Below, in pieces: positions 1 to 8,913 of a stretch of DNA of 64,000 nt. Made by a program: the position numbers and the translations under genes. The stretch's first letter is position 1. Each line of letters begins with the position of its first letter. The notes beneath the pieces are model-generated. The model worked only from the letters and a program-made list of their open reading frames with translations, made no database searches and was not told where the DNA came from. Source of the stretch: Octopus sinensis (taxonomy: Eukaryota); assembly GCF_006345805.1 (NCBI RefSeq), contig NC_043014.1, positions 7,192,001 through 7,256,000 on the forward strand, in the 5' to 3' direction.

Positions 1-790
1 GGATGGATGAGGAGAGATGTGTGAAGAAGTGCTACTCTCAAACAGTTGAAGGAATCAGGGGGAGAGGTAGACCCAGGAAGACATGGGATGAGATAGTCAA
101 GCATGACCTCAGAGCGTTGGGCCTCACTGAGGCGAAGGACCGAGACCTCTGGAGATGTGCTGTGACTACTAAGACCCGGGATGCTTCCGGCACCAGTTCC
201 GCATACCCCCTGCCCATTCAAAGTACCTTGGATCTCGGAACATCTCGCTGTGCTTGAGGAGACCTGTTGAGTCAAGTGCATGTACATGAACATCGAACCA
301 AATATCAATGGAAACAGTAGTTGTGATACCTGTGCCGGTGACACATAAAAAGCACCATCCGAACGTGGCCGTTGCCAGTGCAGCCTCGACTGGCTTCTGT
401 GCCGGTGGCACATAAAAAGCACCATCCGAACGTGACCGATGCCAACCCCACCTCGAATGGCTTCTGTGCCAGTGGCACATCAAAAGCACCATCCGAACGT
501 GGCCGATGCCAGCACCACCTCGACTGGCTTCTGTGCCGGTGGCACATAAAAAGCACCAACCGATCGTGGCCGATGCCAGACCCCTCTGGCACTTGTGCAG
601 GTGGCACGTAAAAAGCACCCACTACACTCGCGGAGTGGTTGGCGTTAGGAAGGGCATCCAGCTGTAGAAACACTGCCAGATCAGACTGGAGCCTGGAGCA
701 GCCCCTGGCTCCCCAGACCCCGGTCGAACTGTCCAACCCGTGCTAGCGCGGAAAACGGACGTTAAACGATGATGATGATGATGATGATGA
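1..790 (+). mobile_element. RTE-clade LINE 3' end: ORF2 C-terminal remnant (1-~190) running into a 3'UTR with ~57-60 bp cassettes and a (GAT)n tail
   Basis: Translation RCVKKCYSQTVEGIRGRGRPRKTWDEIVKHDLRALGL...DRDLWR matches the RTE C-terminal GRPRKTW motif. It is followed by repeated 'cataaaaagcaccatccgaacgtggcc' cassettes and a 'gacgttaaacgatgatgatg' tail. Confidence 0.85.
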
Positions 791-1330
791 GAACACAAAT
801 TCACAAAAGTTTCCTGAAAATTCTAAAATATAAAAAGAGTTATGAGGGGTTCTAGGAATGGCTTAAACAGAAATTAATTTTCCGTTGCCTTTTTGTTTTG
901 TCACGAAGTATAGCGCTCCTAATCCGAAACACCACATAAAAAAAAACTGAATTATCTAGACCAGTGGCTTTCAACCAGGGTTCTGCGGAACCTTAGGGTT
1001 AGCCAGTACAGTCCAGGGGTTCTGCAAGAAGTTACAAAACTGCTAAAATCGGCAGTAATTTTTAATTCTCCTCTGCAGATATGTGTGCATAAGACTATTA
1101 AATTATTGCACAGGGATTCCTCGAGCCAGTGGAATGTTTCCTTGGGGTTCCACTCCAGCAAAAAGTTTGAAAAGTACTGATCTAGACATTCGAAAAAAAA
1201 AAGGATTTTTTCCGTTTGAACGGCAGATCGAGAAATTTATTTTTTGTAACTAAACACTTTCAAACTTCAGACACTAGTAGAATGGGTATTATAAAACATC
1301 TTTTACTCTTCAAAGTTATTTCGTCTTAAA

Positions 1331-1750
1331 GTAGGCGCAGGAGTGGCTGTGTGGTAAGTAGCTTGCTTAGCAACCACATGGTCCCGGGTTCAGTCCCACT
1401 GCGTGGCACCTTGGGCAAGTGTCTTCTACTATAGCCGCGGGCCGACCAAAGCCTTGTGAGTGGATTTGGTAGACGGAAACTGAAAGAAGCCCGTTGTATA
1501 TATATATATATATATGTTTATATATGTGTTTGTGTGTGTGTTTGTGTGTCTGTGTTTGTCCCCCTAACATTGCTTGACAACCGATGCTGGTGTGTTTACG
1601 TCGCCCTCACTTAGCGGGTCGGCAAAAGAGACCGATAGAATAAGTACTGGGCTTACAAAAGAATAAGTCCCGGGGTCGATTTGTTCGACTCCATGCGGCG
1701 CTCCAGCATGGCCACAGTCAAATGACTGAAACAAGTAAAAGAGTAAAGAG
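1331..1750 (+). mobile_element. tRNA-derived SINE, family C (internal (TA)n/(TG)n microsatellite, (AAAGAGT)n tail). Other copies ~14262-14895, 16708-17115, 26295-26835, 28600-28905, 34465-35080, 35265-35655, 38695-39075, 40065-40260, 43935-44305, 49730-50330, 56495-56915, 57580-58180, 61768-62365
   Basis: Head 'gcgcaggagtggctgtgtggtaag...gggttcagtccc' has A/B-box-like motifs, followed by a 'ccttgggcaagtg' core; near-identical copies are dispersed in both orientations. Confidence 0.85.
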
Positions 1751-2127
1751 TATATCGGTAATTTTAACCAATCAATGACGTGTTCAGCTGAATAAAATTA
1801 CTGTTGTTGTTTATCAACAAAAGCTATTGTCAGTTTATATTTCTCTTATTTTTGACATCGTTCGTGTGTTTGTACTGGTTCTGGGGTTAGGGTTGGGGTT
1901 TTAGGGTTATGGTTGGGGTTTTAGGGTTAGAGTTATGGAAAAAAAAATGAAAAATGAAGAAATTGGAGAAGTGAGGGTAGGGGGCAAAAAAGTCTTACCG
2001 AAAATAGTAGCTGAAAAACAGGAAAAAAAAACCTAAAAGCAGTAGAAATGCACAAACAATTATGGTGGTGCCATGAACTAAACGTGCTTCAGATACACTC
2101 ATTTATTCATAAGAACGTAAATGAGAT

Positions 2128-2600
2128 ATCATCATCATCGTTTAGCATCCGCTTTCCGTGCTAGCATGGGTTGGACGGTTCAACTGGGGTCTTGGAAGCC
2201 AGGAGGCTGCGCCAGGCCCAGTCTGATCTGGAAATGTTTCTACGGCTGGATGCCCTTCCTAACGCCAACCACTCCGTGAGTGTAGTGGGTGCATTTTACG
2301 TGCCACCGGCACAGGTGCCAGGGGAGGCTGGCAAACGGCCACGATCGGATGGAGCTTTTTATGTGCCACCGGCACGGGGGCCAGACGAGGCTGGCAAACG
2401 GCCACGATCGGATGGTGCTTTTTACGTGCCACCGGCACGGGGGCCAGGCGAGGCTGGCAAACGGCCACGATCGGATGGTGCTTTTTTTGTGCCCTCGTCA
2501 CGGGGGCCAGGCGAGGCTGGCAATGGCCACGAACGGATGGTGGTTTCTTACGTGCCACCGGCACGAGGCCAGTCAGGGCGGCGCTGGCAACGGCCACATG
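2128..2600 (-). mobile_element. RTE 3'-tail element (family A). Other copies ~11796-12360, 13020-13870, 17515-17705, 20837-21098, 25255-25700, 31585-31890, 32340-32780, 35958-36345, 36690-36990, 39590-39755, 47083-47515, 49348-49515, 51512-51915, 62797-63058, 63150-63592
   Basis: Same sequence as the 3'UTR of the RTE at 190-790, in either orientation, with a variable number of cassettes. Confidence 0.85.
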
Positions 2601-2819
2601 TCATAAATAACAGTGACAAACGAAATATGCACCACCGGAAGTTGTTGCTCACAAACAACAGCAGTAATTTTATTCAGCTGAATACAGGTCATTGATTGGT
2701 TGAAATTACCAAAATACGACAACTTTAACACGAAATAACTTCGTAAACATAAACTTTTCTCAAAAACAGTAAGACTAAAAGATGTTTTATGTGACACATT
2801 CTACAAGTATACGAAGTTT

Positions 2820-3544
2820 GGGCGATCTTACGCTATAAGTACCGGATACATTAAAAAAAAGTGGGGTTTTTTCTATATATAGGGGGTTTGTGTTAGGGTT
2901 GGGTTAGGGGTCGGAGAAAAGGGTTTTGGCGATGTTTCGCTTGTCGTAGCACACGTTTCCGTCGATTTCCTCCGTCGATTTCCGTAAAAAATGTAAACAC
3001 TGAATCGGCCATACATACATACATACATACATACATACATACACACATACATACACACACACATACATACACACACATATACATAGATACATACACACAC
3101 ACATACATGCAGACATACATATACACATACACCGAGTAAAAAATTTCAGTTATCTCTCTTTCATACACACTAACAGAAGCACTTCACTTACACAACATAC
3201 TGTCTGTCTCCCACACCCCATCAAACACACACACGGGGACTTCAAAGAGAAATTTCCTCGTCATAAAATCGCTTCCTCTTAGTCTCTTTCGCTCTCATTA
3301 CTTATGTAAAAAAATAAAAGTTTTTTACGGAAATCGACGGAAACTTGTCCTACGACAAGCGAAACTTCGCCAGGGTTTTTGTTATATTCAGAAATGTAAA
3401 CAAAGTCACGTGTGTACATATACCGAAGGATCGCCACATACCCTAATCCTACCCCACCCCCACCCATATATAAAAAAAAATACTTTTTTGAAATGTATCC
3501 GGTGCTTCCGGAAGTACACCGGTACTTATACCGTAAGATCGCCA
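2820..3544. mobile_element. MITE-like element with ~25-bp TIRs and an internal (TACA)n tract; partial second copy at ~9190-9650
   Basis: Left end 'gggcgatcttacgctataagtaccgg' (2820) versus right end 'ccggtacttataccgtaagatcgcca' (3519-3544). The internal 'aatgtaaacactgaatcggcc...accgagtaaaaaatttcagttatctctc' segment recurs at ~9195-9390. Confidence 0.65.
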
Positions 3545-4039
3545 AAAAAAAATATGCACAACAAAAAACAAAGTTACGAAAATAAAAAAAAAAAAGGCAT
3601 TCCTTCGATAGAACTCGACAAAATCAAAACATTTTACTTCGGGTATTTCCGTGGGTTGTGGAGTATAGATATAACGAAATTATGCCAGCAATGTCTTATT
3701 TTAAAACTTGCAGATAAAAAAGAAAAAAGCCTTGCATGTTTGTTCTTAACTGTTTCATGTGTGGGATCTTTTCTAAATGATGGTCCCATGTGTGTATGTA
3801 AAATCCGCAAATTTCCAAGCAGAAAACAGAATCGAAGTCATTTTGCTTCCACGGAAATACCCGAAGTGAAACGTTTTGATTTTGTCGAGTTATATCGAAA
3901 GAATGCCAAAAAAAAAAAAAAAAGTTAGCGGCATGGTGAGGCACGAATGCCGACTTTTTTTTTTCGAGAAAAATAGTCTTCTAATTAAAATATGGTAGAG
4001 GTAAAGAATACGTACACCACCGGGTGTACAACGCTAAAT

Positions 4040-6153
4040 GGATACTACTAGCGAACAGTGGTCCCGGTGCGCGCACTCGCGCTAGCTAGTCGTAAGTAGT
4101 CGATCCTACAACGACTTGCGCGTATATTTAATATTATATTATATAATTTAGTCATTTATATCGGGTTTTTTTAAGAGTAGGAAGGTTATGATGGGAATTT
4201 GGCTGCTATTCTAGCACGTCAACACCGAAGCTGAGATGAAATTCGTCCCAGTTATATTGTGGTTGGGTACTACTAGCGAACAGTGGTCCCGGTGCGCGCA
4301 CTCGCGCTAGCTAGTCGTAAGTAGTCGATCCTACAACGACTTGCGCGTATATTTAATATTATATTATATAATTTAGTCATTTATATCGGGTTTTTTTAAG
4401 AGTAGGAAGGTTATGATGGGAATTTGGCTGCTATTTCTGGCACGTCAAGCCCCCAAGCTGAGATGAAATTCGTCCCAGTTATTATTGTTGGTTGGGTACT
4501 ACTAGCGAACAGTGGTCCCGGTGCGCGCACTCGCGCTAGCTAGTCGTAAGTAGTCGATCCTACAACGACTTGCGCGTATATTTAATATTATATTATATAA
4601 TTTAGTCATTTATATCGGGTTTTTTTAAGAGTAGGAAGGTTATGATGGGAATTTGGCTGCTATTTCTGGCACGTCAAGCACCCAAGCTGAGATGAAATTC
4701 GTCCCAGTTATATTGTTGGTGGGTACTACTAGCGAACAGTGGTCCCGGTGCGCGCACTCGCGCTAGCTAGTCGTAAGTAGTCGATCCTACAACGACTTGC
4801 GCGTATTTTAATATTATTTATATAATTTAGTCATTTATATCGGGTTTTTTTAAAGTAGGAAGTTATGATGGGAATTTGGCTGCTTTTCTGGCACGTCAAG
4901 CACCAAGCTGAGATGAAATTCGTTCCAGTTATATTGTTGGTTGGGTACTACTAGCGAACAGTGGTCCCGGTGCGCGCACTCGCGCTAGCTAGTCGTAAGT
5001 AGTCGATCCTACAACGACTTGCGCGTATATTTAATATTATATTATATAATTTAGTCATTTATATCGGGTTTTTTTAAGAGTAGGAAGGTTATGATGGGAA
5101 TTTGGCTGCTATTTCTGGCACGTCAAGCACCCAAGCTGAGATGAAATTCGTCCCAGTTATATTGTTGGTTGGGTACTACTAGCGAACAGTGGTCCCGGTG
5201 CGCGCACTCGCGCTAGCTAGTCGTAAGTAGTCGATCCTACAACGACTTGCGCGTATATTTAATATTATATTATATAATTTAGTCATTTATATCGGGTTTT
5301 TTTAAGAGTAGGAAGGTTATGATGGGAATTTGGCTGCTATTTCTGGCACGTCAAGCACCCAAGCTGAGATGAATTCGTCCCAGTTATATTGTGGTTGGGT
5401 ACTACTAGCGAACAGTGGTCCCGGTGCGCGCACACTCGCGCTAGCTAGTCGTAAGTAGTCGATCCTACAACGACTTGCGCGTATATTTAATATTATATTA
5501 TATAATTTAGTCATTTATATGGTTTTTTTAAGAGTAGGAAGGTTATGATGGGAATTTGGCTGCTATTTCTGGCACGTCAAGCACCCAAGCTGAGATGAAA
5601 TTCGTCCCAGTTATATGTTGTGGTTGGGTACTACTAGCGAACAGTGGTCCCGGTGCGCGCACTCGCGCTAGCTAGTCGTAAGTAGTCGATCCTACAACGA
5701 CTTGCGCGTATATTTAATATTATATTATATAATTAGTCATTTATATCGGGTTTTTTAAGAGTAGGAAGGTTATGATGGGAATTTGGCTGCTATTTCTGGC
5801 ACGTCAAGCACCCAAGCTGAGATGAAATTCGTCCCAGTTATATTGTTGGTTGGGTATTACTAGCGAACAGTGGTCCCGGTGCGTGCACTCGCACTAGCTA
5901 GTCGTAAGTAGTCGATCCTACAACGACTTGCGCGTATTTTTGTATTTCAAGGCTGAATACATATCAAAGGAAATTAAATAATATTTTTCAAACAAAGTAA
6001 ATAATTTTTTAAACTAATTAAATAAATTATTTTTATAAACAAACTAAGGTCAGGGTTAGGGTAAAAAAGTCGTTGTAGGATCGACTACTTACGACTAGCT
6101 AGCGCGGATGCGCAAGTGCGCGCACCGGGACCACTGTTCGCTAGTAGTTACCC
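4040..6153. repeat. Tandem array of ~227-bp units (9 direct copies of an ~85-bp motif) closed by one inverted copy
   Basis: 'ta(c/t)tactagcgaacagtggtcccggtgcgcgcac' starts at ~4043, 4268, 4497, 4724, 4946, 5174, 5400, 5629 and 5855; its reverse complement is at ~6068-6153. Confidence 0.95.
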
Positions 6154-6390
6154 GCTAAACGTATCTACACATCCACACACACATATATATAAATATGTAC
6201 CTATCTCTTTACTACCCGCAAGGGGCTAAACATAGAGGGCACAAACAAGGACAGACATAGGTATCAAGTCGATTACATCGACCCCAGTGCGTAACTGGTA
6301 CTTAATTTATCGAGCCCGAAAGGATGAAAGGCAAAGTCGACCTCGGCTGAATATATAAATACATACAAACGCATACAAATGTCAACTTAC

Positions 6391-6448
6391 CTAAAAGTTT
6401 GCAATCAGAAACCTGACATTGCTGTCCCAGACGAGGAAGTTCAGCCAT
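6391..6448 (-). CDS. ZFAND1: AN1-type zinc finger protein, first coding exon (MAELPRLGQQCQVSDCKLL-D); downstream exons not found in the window
   Basis: ATG at 6448-6446 in 'aaaaATGG' context and a phase-1 donor TAG|gtaagt at 6391/6390. The peptide resembles the N-terminus of ZFAND1 (MAEL.IGQHCQV..C...DFLP); the ZFAND2/AIRAP paralogue is not excluded. An acceptor 'ttacttttag|' 9 nt upstream of the ATG (exon start 6457) implies an upstream non-coding exon. Confidence 0.65.
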
Positions 6449-6742
6449 TTTTAAAAGCTAAAAGTAAAATAAACGGATTAAATTAAATAACTTTTTAGGT
6501 TTCTTGTTGCAAAACATCGCATATATAGACATATATATATAGAGAGAAACTATGTACACCTACATATGTACCTGTAACAGCGTGGACAATTAAATAGCAA
6601 ATGATTTAAAACGTTCATACACGCACACAATTTTTTTTTTTCGCGCGAATAGTTTCGAACCACAAGGGAAGAAACTGTATAATTCCTGCTTAGTTCTGTC
6701 TAGTTTGGAAAATAATAATTATGAGAGTAAATTATAATTATA

Positions 6743-7516
6743 TATTTCTTTACTGCCCACAAGGGCTAAAAATAGAGGGGACAAACAAGGACAGACAAAG
6801 GGATTAAGTCCATTACATCGACCCCAGTGCGTAACTGGTACTTAACTTATCGACCCCGAAAGGATGAAAGGCAAAGTCAACCTCGACGGAATTTGAGCTC
6901 AGACGAAATACCTATTTCTTTATTGCCCACAAGGGGCTAAACATAGAGGGGACAAACAAGGACAGACAAAGGGATTAAGTCGATTACATCGATCCCAGTG
7001 CGTAACTGGTACTTAATTTATCGACCACGAAAGGATGAAAGGCAAAGTCGACCTCGGCAGAATTTGAGCTCAGAACGTAACGACAGACGAAATACCTATT
7101 TCTTTACTACCCACAAGGGGCTAAACATAGAGGGGACAAACAAGGACAGACAAACGTATTTAGTCGATTACATCGACCCCAGTGCGAAACTGGTACTTTA
7201 TTTATCGACGCCGACAGGATGAAAGGCAAAGTCGACCTCGGCGGAATCTGAACTCAGAACATAGCGGCAGACGAAATACCTATTTCTTTATTGCTCACAA
7301 GGGGCTAAACATAGAGGGGACAAACAAGGACAGACACATGGATCAAGTCGATTACATCGACCCCAGTGCGTAACTGGTACTTAATTTACCGACCCCGAAA
7401 GGATGAAAGGTAAAGTCGACCTCGGCGGAATTTGAACTCAGAACGCAACGGCGGACGAAATACTGCTAAGCATTTCGCCCGGCCTGCTAACGTTTCTACC
7501 AGCTCGCCACCTTAAC
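6743..7516 (-). mobile_element. tRNA-derived SINE family B, one head plus 4 tandem bodies. Other copies ~6205-6350, 9957-10348, 10701-11105, 14445-14645, 34643-34858, 45810-46875, 50627-51234, 52215-52447, 53201-55638, 57150-57560
   Basis: On the - strand the head is 'ggcgagctggYagaa.cgttagca' and each ~184-bp body contains 'gagttcaaattc' (B-box-like). A perfect 20-bp TSD gagagtaaattataattata lies at 6723-6742 and 7517-7536. Confidence 0.9.
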
Positions 7517-7792
7517 GAGAGTAAATTATAATTATAATGATAATTATTATTATCACTTAATTACTAAGGCGGCGAGCTGGATAAAATGCATAGCGGAATT
7601 TTGTCTAATTTCACGTTTTAAGTTCAAATTTTGCTTGGGTCGGCTTTGCCCTTCATCCTTTCCAAATTCTTGATGAAGCGAGTACCAGTTAAAAACTGCC
7701 GTTCAAACCAAAAAGATCCAAAGAATACGTACACCCGGTGGTTAGAGTTAGGGTATTTGTTACGCCGAAAACCGGTGGTGTACGCATTCTTT

Positions 7793-8200
7793 GGATCTTT
7801 TCGGTTTGGACGGCAGTTTTTAACATAATTTCTAGGTAACTAAAAAAATATTAAACTTCGTATACTGGTAGAATGTGTTTTTAAAACATCTTTTTCTTTT
7901 GGCTTTATTGAGAAAATTCTATAGTTTGTAAGATATTTGTTGTTGTTTTTTCTTCACTTTCTGCAATTTCAACCAATCACTGACGTCTATTGAAGTAAAA
8001 AAAACATTCTGTGCAGTATGAATATGTCCCTCGTTTAAGAAACAAATTGGGTTTATTTACATTTGTGAAGAAAAAAGATACCCTGACCCTAACCCTAAAA
8101 GAGATTGAAATGCAATAGATCGATACTAGGGTCATAATTACGGGTGACAATTTTAATATGACACCGCTAGAAAAAACTGCCGTTCAAACCGAAAAGATCC
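7793..8200. mobile_element. MITE-like element with ~28-bp TIRs (GGATC...GATCC); an adjacent extra TIR copy forms a hairpin at 7688-7824
   Basis: 'ggatcttttcggtttggacggcagttttt' (7793) versus 'aaaaactgccgttcaaaccgaaaagatcc' (to 8200); related fragments lie at ~1200-1330. Confidence 0.7.
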
Positions 8201-8340
8201 TTCTCCTTTTCTCTTTCTTTTCATTCTGTCCGTGTCACTCTTTCTTTTTTTCTATTTTATTTTCATATTTTTTTCCCTCTTCCTTTTCTTCTCTTTTTCT
8301 TTGCATCACTTTTCTGTTATCCATTTCCTCTTTCTCTCCT

Positions 8341-8685
8341 TTCTCTCTGTCTTACCTTCCCTCTCTTTCCCTTCCTTCTCTCTGTCTTACCTTCCCTCTC
8401 TTTCCCTTCCTTCTCTCTGTCTTACCTTCGCTCTCTTTCCCTTCCTTCTCTCTGTCTTACCTTCCCTCTCTTTCCCTTCCTTCTCTCTGTCTTACCTTCC
8501 CTCTCTTTCCCTTCCTTCTCTCTGTCTTACCTTCCCTCTCTTTCCCTTCCTTCTCTCTGTCTTACCTTCCCTCTCTTTCTCTTCCTTCTCTCTGTCTTAC
8601 CTTCGCTCTCTTTCCCTTCCTTCTCTCTGTCTTACCTTCCCTCTCTTTCCCTTCCTTCTCTCTGTCTTACCTTCCCTCTCTTTCC
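8341..8685. repeat. 35-bp polypyrimidine/polypurine minisatellite, 10 copies
   Basis: Unit ttctctctgtcttaccttccctctctttcccttcc; 'cttacc' occurs at 8351, 8386, 8421, 8456, 8491, 8526, 8561, 8596, 8631 and 8666. Confidence 0.95.
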
Positions 8686-8800
8686 CGCGTTATTTACTGC
8701 CGAGCACTTCATTTAACCGGAAGCAAGGAGTCTTAGAGGACCATATGGCTGATGCAATATAAAATCCTCTCATTCGCTCTTTCACTAAATATTACTCGAT
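8686..8800. promoter_or_regulatory. Putative bidirectional promoter between the ZFAND-like gene (-) and EIF2S2 (+)
   Basis: A short unique segment between divergent genes, with an ETS-type motif ACCGGAAG at 8716-8723 and a TCT-initiator-like CTCTTTCA at 8777-8784. TSS positions are inferred, not observed. Confidence 0.45.
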
Positions 8801-8895
8801 CTGCGCTGGTCAAGACACAAAACAACAAAGTAGACATCAAATATAAACACACACACATACATACTTCATAAATTTAAGAAGAAATATCCTAAACA

Positions 8896-8913
8896 ATGGC
8901 TGATGACGAAGTG
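8896..8913 (+). CDS. EIF2S2: eIF2-beta coding exon 1 (MADDEV)
   Basis: aaacaATGG start context; donor GTG|gtaagt, phase 0, joins exon 2. Confidence 0.8.

Noticed and set aside
169-736. Recurrent 'MDGSTGVW...FLQLDALPNANHS...GAFYVPPA' ORFs throughout the window
   Set aside because: Antisense or off-frame translations of the RTE 3'-tail repeat; not host genes.
1880-1935. Telomere-like (TTAGGG) motifs, also ~2890, 6050, 7745, 12905
   Set aside because: Short degenerate motifs, mostly inside or beside MITE-like elements; not a telomeric array.
4040-5940. CRISPR-like appearance of regularly spaced repeats (also 40701-42420 and 53201-55638)
   Set aside because: The spacers are identical rather than unique, the context is eukaryotic, and there are no cas genes.
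8158-8762. 192-aa and 176-aa S/L/F/P-rich ORFs
   Set aside because: Translations of the 35-bp pyrimidine minisatellite; no splice or homology support.
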